Of a stretch of 64,000 nucleotides of DNA, positions 9,939 through 19,123 are shown in pieces; position 1 is the stretch's first letter, and every line of letters starts with the position of its first letter. The stretch is taken from NCBI GenBank assembly GCA_965208835.1, contig OZ242358.1:2912001-2976000 (forward strand), in the 5' to 3' direction. The DNA is from Candidatus Latescibacterota bacterium (lineage in GTDB: Bacteria > Latescibacterota > UBA2968 > GCA-2709665). Position numbers and translations under genes: made by a program. The notes beneath the pieces are model-generated. The model did no database searches, was not told the origin of the DNA, and saw nothing but the letters and a program-made list of their open reading frames with translations.

Positions 9939-10085
9939 GGAGTTCGAAAAATGCCAAGAGCATGAGAAGTATTCACTTTTCGGGGGCAAAGCGATGAATC
10001 CCTGCCTGGCCTGAACCTTGCAAGAGAAAAAGGCACTCGAAGAGCGCCTTGAAACTTGCCATCAAAACTCATGCGTGCCGGCGGG

Positions 10086-10724
10086 TTATCGGTCCCCCGC
10101 GGCCGCCTCCGTCAGAATCTCGACGACCTCGGTCTTGTCCCGGTACTCCGCCAGCCAGGCCGCGGTCTTCCCGTTTCTGGTGACGGCATTGACTTCGGCG
10201 CCCTCATCCAGCAGCCGGCTCACTACATCTTTGTGACCTCCGTAGGCCGCGTAGATCAGCGGCGTCCATCCCGACCGCGCGACGGCGTTGACGTCCGCCC
10301 CGGCAGCCAGCAGCACGTGGACGACACCCGTCAGACCAACGTCGGACGCGAACATCAACGGGGTCCGGTGGTTCAGGTCTCTTGCATCCACGACGGCGCC
10401 CGCTTCCAACAGGATCTCGGTGATCGTCGAATCTTTCTTGATCGCCGCATCCATCAACGCGGTTCTGCTATAAAGGTCGTCGTTGACTTCCGCGCCCGCA
10501 TCGAGCAGCGCCCGCAGGACTTCGGGGACGCCCTTTTTTGCGGCTTCGATCAACGGAGTCGTACCCGCCTTGCCCTCTTCGTTCGCGTCGGCTCCTTCGT
10601 CCAGCAGCGTCTTTACGCCCTCTTCATCACCCTTTTTGACCATGGCGATCAGATCCGTGTCCTCCGAGGGTTTACAAGCCGTGAAGATGGCAAGAAGAAG
10701 CGCTATCGCGCCGAGTCGATTCAT
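10086..10724 (-). CDS. Ankyrin repeat lipoprotein
   Basis: Lipobox FTAC; repeated TPL/TAL..AA..G...LL.AGA.VN units. Confidence 0.93.
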   Translation of the reverse strand: MNRLGAIALLLAIFTACKPSEDTDLIAMVKKGDEEGVKTLLDEGADANEEGKAGTTPLIEAAKKGVPEVLRALLDAGAEVNDDLYSRTALMDAAIKKDSTITEILLEAGAVVDARDLNHRTPLMFASDVGLTGVVHVLLAAGADVNAVARSGWTPLIYAAYGGHKDVVSRLLDEGAEVNAVTRNGKTAAWLAEYRDKTEVVEILTEAAAGDR

Positions 10725-10780
10725 CGCACATATCTTCCTTTAACAGGTTTCGCTCCCAACACCTGAAGTCCGTTTGGGCC

Positions 10781-11206
10781 CTATCCGCCAGACCTGGAAA
10801 AGACAAGCGTCAGGTTCTGCGGCTGTCCGCCTGCCTGCACCGAGATCAGAACGGTGATCGAACTACCACCGTCCGCCACCTGCCCTGATCGGGCGCCGCC
10901 GCCCCCGTCGGGGGTGAGACTCAGGCTCGCGCCGGACCTTGAGTACCCCCCGCTCTGCGCGACCCGGATTACATCCTCCGAACCCGCAGTAACGTAGGAG
11001 GCCACAATTGAATACCGGTTTTCCGTTAACGTCATGATCCCGGAAGCATTCGGCGGTGTTATCGCCGATCCCCCCGAAGGCGTCAACCTCAACAGATCGT
11101 AAGACCCCGCCAGCGTCTCGGAAGCCGCGGGGTTGTTTTCGTCGTCTTCGCCGCCGCAGGCGACGCAGACGCATATTGCCAGCAGCCCCAACAAAACGGA
11201 TTTCAT
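10781..11206 (-). CDS. Small lipoprotein, lipocalin-like beta barrel
   Basis: MKSVLLGLLAICVCVAC lipobox, LAGSYDL, C-terminal TLVFSR. Confidence 0.7.
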   Translation of the reverse strand: MKSVLLGLLAICVCVACGGEDDENNPAASETLAGSYDLLRLTPSGGSAITPPNASGIMTLTENRYSIVASYVTAGSEDVIRVAQSGGYSRSGASLSLTPDGGGGARSGQVADGGSSITVLISVQAGGQPQNLTLVFSRSGG

Positions 11207-11416
11207 AGGGTGCGGTCTCCTTTTGGTATTCCGATACGGAACCCGCGAGTACGGGCACGCCTGCCGAGTGCTCGGGCGTCGGATTTCAATATAAACCCGG
11301 CGAGAAAGGCGGGCAAGGGATCTTTTGAAAGGCAATGGGATATGCCGCCCGTAATCCCCTTTTTCGTCGGCGCCGAACGGCATGCAAGACAGTCATTCCG
11401 TGATCTTGTTTTTCTG

Positions 11417-11445
11417 TTGACATCGGGAAAATTCTGGGTTATTGT
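11417..11445 (+). promoter_or_regulatory. sigma70-type promoter for the HU gene
   Basis: TTGACA-N17-TATTGT. Confidence 0.6.
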
Positions 11446-11491
11446 TCCCGGGTCGAAATTTCCGGGAAATTGCCTCAATCAAGGAAAACGC

Positions 11492-11803
11492 ATGGCAACG
11501 ATCACCAAGGCTTCTCTGGCGAGGTACCTTTCAGACAACATCGGCCACCCCAAAACCAGAGCCTTGGAAGCCGTCGACGTCCTTTTCGAAGCCATGACGT
11601 CTTCCATCTGCAACGGCAAAAGGATCGAGATACGCGGCTTTGGCTCCTGGGAAGTCAAGGAGACAAAGGAAAAGACCCAGGCCCGCAATCCCAGCACAGG
11701 CGAAACGGTTTACGTGCCCGCCCGCCGAAAAGTTATGTTCAAACCCGGGAAAATCCTCAAAAAGGTGCTGTCCCAGTCCTTGGAAACCGGATCGTCCCAA
11801 TAG
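11492..11803 (+). CDS. HU/IHF family DNA-binding protein
   Basis: ITKASLA, RIEIRGFGSW, ARNPSTGETV, FKPGK. Confidence 0.95.
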   Translation: MATITKASLARYLSDNIGHPKTRALEAVDVLFEAMTSSICNGKRIEIRGFGSWEVKETKEKTQARNPSTGETVYVPARRKVMFKPGKILKKVLSQSLETGSSQ

Positions 11804-11832
11804 ACCACCATCCCTGAACGCCGAATCACCGC

Positions 11833-12654
11833 ATGCAATGGCGTTACAAGCTGCAGCAGTTTCAGGCCGACGGGCCGGATAGGCTCCTTGTTGTCAGCGA
11901 CTGGGACAGAACGCTGACCCGGTCCACCGCGGAAGATGGAAGCGATCAATCCACCTGTTCGGTTATCGCCAACAGTGGACATCTCGGTCCGGCGTTTTCC
12001 CGGCGTTACCGGGAACTGTTTGATCGCTACCGAAGGATCGAACGCGCTCCCGAATTGTCGGAAAGCGTCAAGTCGCGTCACCTGCACCGCTGGTGGTCCC
12101 TCCAGTTCGATCTGCTGCTGGATTACAAGCTCAGTACGCGGACGATCCGCCATATCGTTCGAAAAAAACGGCCGCACCTGCGAGACGGTGCGCGCCGTTT
12201 TTTTCATATCCTCCGCAAGCGCCGCATTCCCCTGATCATCCTGTCCGCCGGCATCCGGGAAATCATCGAAGCCCGACTCGCCGAAGAGGGTGTATCCACG
12301 GACAATCTGGACATTGTCGCCAACACGCTGGTTTTCGACCCCTCCGGAATTGCGGTGTCGTACAAGACCCCGCTGATCCACAGCCTGAATAAACACGTCC
12401 GGCCTGCGTCGGCCGCCCCCGGGTTGGCGGGCCGCCGGAACCTGCTGCTCCTGGGAGATACGCTTGAAGATGCGAGGATGGCTGAACGCATCAACCACAC
12501 CCGCCTTCTCAGCTTCGCCTTCCCTGCCGATACCGACCACCATCAGGAATTTCGATCCGCGTACGATGTCGTGCTCCAGCCGGAAGCCTCTCTGGCGCCG
12601 GTGAATGCCGTCCTGGCGGACATATGCACGGCTTCCCGGGCCATTGATCCATAG
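11833..12654 (+). CDS. HAD hydrolase, pyrimidine 5'-nucleotidase (cN-III/UMPH-1)-like
   Basis: VVSDWDRTLT, IILSAGI, IHSLNK, LLLGDTLEDARMA. Confidence 0.8.
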   Translation: MQWRYKLQQFQADGPDRLLVVSDWDRTLTRSTAEDGSDQSTCSVIANSGHLGPAFSRRYRELFDRYRRIERAPELSESVKSRHLHRWWSLQFDLLLDYKLSTRTIRHIVRKKRPHLRDGARRFFHILRKRRIPLIILSAGIREIIEARLAEEGVSTDNLDIVANTLVFDPSGIAVSYKTPLIHSLNKHVRPASAAPGLAGRRNLLLLGDTLEDARMAERINHTRLLSFAFPADTDHHQEFRSAYDVVLQPEASLAPVNAVLADICTASRAIDP

Positions 12655-12890
12655 TGGATGGAATGACGATCATCGGCAGTCCCTCCGGAGCGGAGCTGAT
12701 GCCCGTGCATCCACAGGTGTGTAGACATGCGGACCGTACAGTATCCATCCTGTTGATGCGTCGACAGAACCCGGACTGGTCATGGCGCGTGACCGGCCTG
12801 AGTAAAGAAAGGAGGCGAATCATGAAGGAGATTACAGCGTGGAGGGCGACCGCCCGATAAATGCGGTCGACGTCCCTTCAGAAAGTCGAA

Positions 12891-12919
12891 CCGGGCGCCC
12901 CAAAAAATGGGGCGCCCGG
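12891..12919. terminator. GC-rich hairpin between convergent transcription units
   Basis: CCGGGCGCCCCA / TGGGGCGCCCGG inverted repeat. Confidence 0.65.
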
Positions 12920-12970
12920 CTATTTGAATTGTCATTCGCTTTGTGTTTTGTACACGTTCCCCACTGCCGT

Positions 12971-14338
12971 CTACTCGATTCTCATCGGCATAAGAATCGC
13001 TTTCCGGTCGGGACAATTCTTCGAGACGAACAAAAGAGCCTTCATCGGGTCGGTAAAGAAGACATCCAACATTCTACCGGTTTCAATTCCGGATACGACA
13101 TCACTTAGGAATGCGTGATTTACGCTAGACCTGAACGGTTCAGGCCTGTCACCCAGTTTGACCTCGGCATCAAGTGTGGTCGTGAACCGCCAGTACGGAA
13201 TGCCGGCCCACGGAGCATCGTCCGTCGACACCGGTTTGTCGGCTTTCTCTTTGCCCACACGATAGCCCAGATCCCTCGACGTGATCAGTGAGAGCGCCTG
13301 CTGCGCCTCTGAAAACTGGATCTCGACCTGCGGCGAATAGGTCCACACGCCATCAACCGGGTGCCTGGGTACCAGATGCTCTGCAATCAGGTCCACAGCC
13401 TGTAGCAGTTCGTCCGAAGAGACCGTGACGATTCCGTCTCCCATTTCCGGTATGACAGACTCGTATTTTACGTACGGCTCATCGATAATCGAAATTGCGA
13501 TGTCATCGTCCCCATCCACACGCAGAACCGCAGCGTCCTCTCCGATAGAAAGTGTAGCCCTCTCGGAATGTGGCGCCGGCATCTCAACCCCGGGCCCGAG
13601 GATTACCTGTTTCTGCAGGTCCTCAGTGCCCTCGAGCGTGCGAAGCAGCAACCTGGCACCGTCTGTTGCAACAACACGCCCGCCCGTATCCAGGCACACG
13701 CCACAAAGTATACGGCGTGAATCGTCCGTGCTCACAAACCGTGTCGCCCAATGGAGTGCGTGAAGGTCCTGCGCCGAAAGATCGTAGGTGTTTCCAACGG
13801 ATGTCATCTCACTCATCTCCTTTCTGATCCGCTGCCTCGCCTTCTGCAGGCGGCTGCGGACGGTGTTGACTTCCAGCCCCAGCTGATGTGCGGTTTCCGC
13901 GTAGGAACAGCCCTTGTAATAGTGATGTTCGATCACGTCCCGATGCGCGCCTGAAAGCCGGCGAATCGCCTCCCTGACCATCATGCGGGCCTCCCGTTCC
14001 AACTCAGATTCATCTACGGGGTGCCCGGACCACTCCTTCGACAATCGCTCCTCGAATCGGATTTGCACCATCTGCCGCCGGTGCCAATTTCGGGCCGTGT
14101 TTTCCGCGATTCTCAAAAGCCACGGAGAAAACCTGCTGCCATCGTGGAGTTGACCCAGGCGTCGAAACGCCAGCAGGAACACCTCCTGGGCAAGGTCTTC
14201 GCCGTCGTCCGGACGTCTGACCACGCGGCGGACCCTCGCCAGAACCCGTTCGCCGTAGCGCTCCACCAGACGGCCGAACGCCCATGTTTCTCCCGAGACC
14301 GCAAGACGGACCAGGTCTCGATCTCCCAGCGTATCCAA
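12971..14338 (-). CDS. ECF sigma factor fused to a DNA polymerase III beta-clamp-like region (domains II-III)
   Basis: Residues ~1-175 are an ECF sigma (EDLAQEVF, WLLRIAEN, NTVRSRLQKAR); the C-terminal part has DnaN motifs FVSTDDSRRILCGV, VATDGARL, YVKYESVIP, VNHAFLSD, ILMPMR; TTG start with GGAGG. Confidence 0.85.
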   Translation of the reverse strand: MDTLGDRDLVRLAVSGETWAFGRLVERYGERVLARVRRVVRRPDDGEDLAQEVFLLAFRRLGQLHDGSRFSPWLLRIAENTARNWHRRQMVQIRFEERLSKEWSGHPVDESELEREARMMVREAIRRLSGAHRDVIEHHYYKGCSYAETAHQLGLEVNTVRSRLQKARQRIRKEMSEMTSVGNTYDLSAQDLHALHWATRFVSTDDSRRILCGVCLDTGGRVVATDGARLLLRTLEGTEDLQKQVILGPGVEMPAPHSERATLSIGEDAAVLRVDGDDDIAISIIDEPYVKYESVIPEMGDGIVTVSSDELLQAVDLIAEHLVPRHPVDGVWTYSPQVEIQFSEAQQALSLITSRDLGYRVGKEKADKPVSTDDAPWAGIPYWRFTTTLDAEVKLGDRPEPFRSSVNHAFLSDVVSGIETGRMLDVFFTDPMKALLFVSKNCPDRKAILMPMRIE

Positions 14339-14453
14339 GATTCGCCTCCAAGAAAGGTCAAATCACCGCGCGTGTGACATGAATACAGATGCGCATCACA
14401 CAGAAAAGTATCCTTCACATACAAAAAAACCGGTGTCAGGTCGCCTGCCGTCA

Positions 14454-14481
14454 CAAAAAAAGCCACCCCCACAGGGGCGGC
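14454..14481 (-). terminator. Intrinsic terminator after the transglutaminase-like gene
   Basis: Minus strand GCCGCCCC-TGTG-GGGGTGGC-TTTTTTT. Confidence 0.75.
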
Positions 14482-14516
14482 AGACGACACTTTTGGAAAA
14501 AACGAAAGGAATACCG

Positions 14517-16649
14517 TTACAATGCAACGGCCAGACTGCTGACGGGGCCCTTCACGCCGGCGCTATTGACGGAACGCACATGCATCGTGTTCACCCCGTC
14601 GTGCAGTTGCCAGTCGAATGCCTCACGGCAAGATTTCCACTCGTCTCGGTCCAGGCTGGACAGATAACCCGAGAAACCCGGTGTCTGCGTTTCCAGGTTG
14701 ACCCTCAGAGCGGTCCCATCCTCATTCCCCACAACGGTGTACCGGGTCCGGTTCATCGACGGATAGAAATCGGATCGCCGATTCGTGTGACGCGTGAAGT
14801 GAGGCAGTGCCGGCACCTTGTCGTCGGCCCAGTTGAGATACCCGTCCCAGGCCCAGACTTCCGTACCCTGACTCACCGGCAGCGGACGCGGCTGGCTGAA
14901 CACGTTGCTGCGCGGAATCATTCGGAAATGACAGAACGACCTGAACAGAAAGTGCGCCCCCTCCTTTGTCGAGAACTCGTGGCTTCCTTCCCGAATTGCA
15001 ATCGGCAGGTCCCGGACGAGGGCATCGAGATCCTGCCGGAACAGATATGGACGGTCCCAGCGTTCGACGTCCTCGAGCCTGTTCGCCAGGACCTGGTGCA
15101 CCTCCAGTGTATCCAGTGGAACACGCGTCTTCGGATCGTACCAGTAGTAATCCCGCGTCGCGTCGAGGTGGACCCACTTGCAATAGTCGTTCGACCAGAC
15201 CTCCGCGATCTCGTGTCCGGTCATGCCCTCGCTGTGGAAGTTCACGTGCCGCGCGGGATATCCGAAACTCAGACAGGCGGCTACCAGGGCGACATTGGGA
15301 TAGAGACACATCTTGTCGCGCCGCCGTTCCGGGTACCGGTTCATTACAATCGCACCCGATGAATCCCGATCGAGCGTCAGCCATTTCAGAACGTCCCATG
15401 GATAGTGCCGGCACGCACCCAGCGGAACGGCATACGCCCACGCCATCAGGCGCTCGATCGCTTCGAATTCGGTCTGCGCCCCGGCGACAACGGCATCCAG
15501 TTCGAACCGGTCGCGCAGTTCCCTTAAGGTGTCGTGCCTGTAGTCCTCGTCTGCGATCCAGTACGAGGACCGCCGGATTGACGCGTTCTCCACGCTGACG
15601 ACCCGGGGCGGTTCGCTTCCTTCCGGGCGTACGTCGGCCAGGACCCGGATCGCCTTCAACACGGGCGTACACGCCGGGTCCGACGTCTGTAACCGCATCC
15701 GCCACTGGAGATAACGTCCCGCAACGCGTGTTACCGCCGACCCACGTTCGCACGTTTGCCAGCCGCTCCATCCCGCCCCATTTAACGCGGGAACCTGTCC
15801 GGTCCTCACGTCACAGTGGACGACGGCGCCGGCGGGCAATTCGACGTCCCAATCCAGACACAAACCGCCAATGGCGTACCGCCGCTTAACCTCCTCTTCG
15901 CCGGCGGCATCGATAACCGGCGATACGACAAGCCCGGTTTCGCGGTACCCGCCCAGGATCAGCCGGATTACATATTCGCCGCGCTCGGGCGCCCATTCGC
16001 CATTTCGGCGCACAAGACTCGAAGCCGGCAGCACGACCGGATCAGGCGTCCCCTTCTTGAAATCCCGGTAGTCCGCCACCATCAGACTCCACCCGACCCC
16101 ACCGTCGGCGACATCGAAAACCAGCCGGTTTTCGCCCTGGCGAAGGCAGCCGTCGGGCAATTCCACGTAGTACCATCGGCTCCAGCTCCAGGCGCCTTCA
16201 TCGGGCGCCAGCTCCCAATACTGCCTCGCGTCCGGGGTGGCCAGCGGGGACGGCGGGCGCAGCAACTCCTGTCCGTTGACGTTGATTCGCAGCGTGGCCG
16301 AATGACCTCTCCGCTCCCGCGCGATAAAGGCCACCTGCGCCGGTCCAGCGGGGTTTCTCCGCACCACCAGTGCTTTTTTCAACGCCAACCTGCCGGACAA
16401 CTCCAAAAACGGGTCCGCGTCAAGGTCATCCGACCGCCCGGCGCCGGGGCTGTCATTCTCGACCACCGAACCCCCGAAGAGGCGGATACCGGCATCGTCT
16501 TCGCCCATCCAGAGATCGGCGACGTCCGCCGTACGGTAGATCTCCCGTGCGTGGTAAACACTCTCAATTTGACTGAAGTCCGCGTCAGCCATTCTCCGAT
16601 CCCGTACCGTTTCCCGTGCGCGCTGCCCCATCAGTGCCGCGGATGACAA
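14517..16649 (-). CDS. Transglutaminase-like domain protein
   Basis: MCLYPNVALVAACLSFGYPAR..GHEIAEVWSNDYCKWVHLDAT, giving a Cys/His/Asp triad; large beta-rich N-terminal region. Confidence 0.75.
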   Translation of the reverse strand: MSSAALMGQRARETVRDRRMADADFSQIESVYHAREIYRTADVADLWMGEDDAGIRLFGGSVVENDSPGAGRSDDLDADPFLELSGRLALKKALVVRRNPAGPAQVAFIARERRGHSATLRINVNGQELLRPPSPLATPDARQYWELAPDEGAWSWSRWYYVELPDGCLRQGENRLVFDVADGGVGWSLMVADYRDFKKGTPDPVVLPASSLVRRNGEWAPERGEYVIRLILGGYRETGLVVSPVIDAAGEEEVKRRYAIGGLCLDWDVELPAGAVVHCDVRTGQVPALNGAGWSGWQTCERGSAVTRVAGRYLQWRMRLQTSDPACTPVLKAIRVLADVRPEGSEPPRVVSVENASIRRSSYWIADEDYRHDTLRELRDRFELDAVVAGAQTEFEAIERLMAWAYAVPLGACRHYPWDVLKWLTLDRDSSGAIVMNRYPERRRDKMCLYPNVALVAACLSFGYPARHVNFHSEGMTGHEIAEVWSNDYCKWVHLDATRDYYWYDPKTRVPLDTLEVHQVLANRLEDVERWDRPYLFRQDLDALVRDLPIAIREGSHEFSTKEGAHFLFRSFCHFRMIPRSNVFSQPRPLPVSQGTEVWAWDGYLNWADDKVPALPHFTRHTNRRSDFYPSMNRTRYTVVGNEDGTALRVNLETQTPGFSGYLSSLDRDEWKSCREAFDWQLHDGVNTMHVRSVNSAGVKGPVSSLAVAL

Positions 16650-16653
16650 CCGC

Positions 16654-17892
16654 CTATTTCAGATAAGCTGTCTCCACCTTTTCAAGAGCGGCGATGATGT
16701 CAGACACCTCCTGGTCTCCGTAGTTCTCATGGATTGGCATTGTAAAATGGCTCTCGGCGGCCTCGACCGCGTTGGGACAGGGGAAGGTGGCGTTGCGGTC
16801 GCCCCCGTAGTCGGGGAGTCCCCAGGGATAGTCGCTGTTGCCGAAGACCTTGCGTTCCCTGAACCACGCCGACTCGGACGGGATGTGCCGGTAGGATACA
16901 GACGCCGAAATGCCCTCGGCCGCCAGCGCCTTGACGAAGCCCGCCTTGTCCACGCTCAGTTTCGCTGTCTCCACGTGGAAGCGGAGGAACCAGTATACGC
17001 ACTCGGTACCGGGCACCTGCCTGCCCATGGATACGGCCTTCAGATGGTCGATGCCGTCCCGTATCGCATCTCCCGCCCTCCGACGGCTATCCGCGATTTC
17101 GCCCAGGCGGCGCAACTGCACCCGGCCGATCGCGGCGGCCAGATCGCTCCCGTTCATATTCAGGCTCGCTCTCACGTTGGAGAGACCGCTCCCTTCGAGA
17201 TTGAAAGGCTTGCCCCGATCGGAGAATCGCTTCACCCGCCAGTAGAGATCGTGATCTTTCACAAAGACCACGCCGCCCTGCGAGCCCGTGGCGTGATGCT
17301 TGCCGCTCATCGTCGAGAACGTCCCCATCGTCCCCATACTGCCCACGAGCCGTCCACGGTACTTGGCGCCATGCGCCTGCGCGCAGTCTTCGATCACCGG
17401 CAATCCGCGCGATTGGGCCAGATCCAGAATCGGATCCATGTCCGCCGGTTCCCCGGCGATGTGCGCAACGATAATCGCACGCGAATGTTCGGTCAGAACG
17501 GCCTCGATCTGTTCCGCCCCGGCGTTGAACGTGCCCGGATCCGCGTCCGCCACAACCGGTACCAGGTTCAGGAGTGCCACGGGCATGGCCCCTCCCGGAT
17601 CGGTGATTGGCGGCAAAACCACCTCGCCCGGGACCTCCAGTTCAAGGGCGCCAAGCCCCGAGTAAAGAGAAGTGGTTCCCGAGTTAACGAGGTCGGCGTA
17701 CCCGCCGCCCATGAAATCCGCGAAGTCCCGTTCGTACGCGCGTTCCTCCGGCCCATCGTACCCGAACGCGTTCCCTGAACGGATACTCTCGTCGAAGAGC
17801 GCCATCACGGCCTGCTTTTCCTCCTCTCCGAAGAGTCGCCGCGCGGGCATGGGCACTTTACGGACCTTCTCACCGCCATCGATCGCAAGCAT
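16654..17892 (-). CDS. DegT/DnrJ/EryC1/StrS family aminotransferase
   Basis: NSGTTSL, VIEDCAQAHGA, FSTMSGKH, GGVV. Confidence 0.92.
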   Translation of the reverse strand: MLAIDGGEKVRKVPMPARRLFGEEEKQAVMALFDESIRSGNAFGYDGPEERAYERDFADFMGGGYADLVNSGTTSLYSGLGALELEVPGEVVLPPITDPGGAMPVALLNLVPVVADADPGTFNAGAEQIEAVLTEHSRAIIVAHIAGEPADMDPILDLAQSRGLPVIEDCAQAHGAKYRGRLVGSMGTMGTFSTMSGKHHATGSQGGVVFVKDHDLYWRVKRFSDRGKPFNLEGSGLSNVRASLNMNGSDLAAAIGRVQLRRLGEIADSRRRAGDAIRDGIDHLKAVSMGRQVPGTECVYWFLRFHVETAKLSVDKAGFVKALAAEGISASVSYRHIPSESAWFRERKVFGNSDYPWGLPDYGGDRNATFPCPNAVEAAESHFTMPIHENYGDQEVSDIIAALEKVETAYLK

Positions 17893-17913
17893 ACTCCTGC
17901 CTCCTTGATTTTG

Positions 17914-18879
17914 TCAGGATTTGGGCCCGGGCCCGGCAAAGGCCGTCCACAATTCAGCGATCCCCCTGCCAAGGACCCGTGCATCCGGAAAACACCGATA
18001 GACCATACTCGTGTGCGTCACCATCTCCGCGCCCGCCGCCAGGTCCGCACCATAACACCAGTCGTGCGCGGTGTCCCATCCGTGGTACTGACCGGTCAGG
18101 TAGGTCGTGTGGGCGGGGTCGCAGAGGAAAACCAGCGTGAACCCGTTGGACGAGTTCCTCGCGGCAAGGATGGGCAGGCTGAAGTCGCTTTCTTCGAGGT
18201 CCCGATGCATCCCCCTGTCCGGCTCACCGTAACGTCCATCCTGAATCATCTCGCGCGACAGGTCGTTTCGGGCGACGCCGAACGTGCGGTTGATCACCGC
18301 CCGATTGTTGAGCCGCGTCCAGGTCCGGCCCCCCTCGGCATTCACAATCGGCACCCAGGTCTCGTCGAAGACCTCGGCGATGTACGAGGCGAGAAAGATC
18401 TCGAAGCGCTGGATGTCCGCCGACGGCCGTATCGTCATCTTCAGGTCCACCGCGTCGCCGTGCGGCCGATAAACGAGGTCCATCTCCAGCCCGAAATCCG
18501 GCTCCGCGGGGAAGTGGACAGCCACGCCGTCCTGATTCAAATCGTGCGCCACCTTCCTGCCCAGGGTGAGCCGCCGCGGGTACATCACCATCCCCGATCC
18601 CGGCCTGAGATAATATTCGGCATTCAAAAGCGCCTTGCTGTGCCGAACCACGCCGGCCCTGTATCCCCGGTGCATCAGCCCGCAGATGCCGTGGTAATTC
18701 GAAAAGGGTTGAATGCCGCCCATGATCTCGCCGGTGTCGAACTCGTAACACTGAGACAGGCCGCTCCATGCAATCTGCACAACCATCCTCCGGAGTTCGG
18801 GACGCGGCCCGCCTGGCGTCAACCGCCAGGCGACGGATACCCTTTTTCCTTCCGTCGACGTGAAAATCCCGGCAGACAC
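17914..18879 (-). CDS. Hypothetical protein
   Basis: Long ORF co-oriented with and adjacent to the aminotransferase; no recognisable motif. Confidence 0.6.
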   Translation of the reverse strand: MSAGIFTSTEGKRVSVAWRLTPGGPRPELRRMVVQIAWSGLSQCYEFDTGEIMGGIQPFSNYHGICGLMHRGYRAGVVRHSKALLNAEYYLRPGSGMVMYPRRLTLGRKVAHDLNQDGVAVHFPAEPDFGLEMDLVYRPHGDAVDLKMTIRPSADIQRFEIFLASYIAEVFDETWVPIVNAEGGRTWTRLNNRAVINRTFGVARNDLSREMIQDGRYGEPDRGMHRDLEESDFSLPILAARNSSNGFTLVFLCDPAHTTYLTGQYHGWDTAHDWCYGADLAAGAEMVTHTSMVYRCFPDARVLGRGIAELWTAFAGPGPKS

Positions 18880-19123
18880 GCGCTATTCAATCCGGACGCC
18901 CGCCGACTCGCCGACTCCATCGGGGAAACATGAAAGAAAACCGGCGCCCGCAATCGGGTCTTGCCTTCGGGCGCCTGTCGACTGCAAGATAATAACCTGG
19001 GGGGTCAATGCAACCGGATTCTGGACACGAAAATAGCGCGGGAATGGAGTCCCCGCGCCAGTTCGAAATTGTGTCTTTTCGGTTGCTAAGTCGACGATGC
19101 AGGCGAAATCCGGTACTGCCCGC

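Noticed and set aside
12971-13800. A true dnaN gene or origin region
   Set aside because: Lacks clamp domain I, is fused in frame to a sigma factor, and has no dnaA/recF/gyrB context
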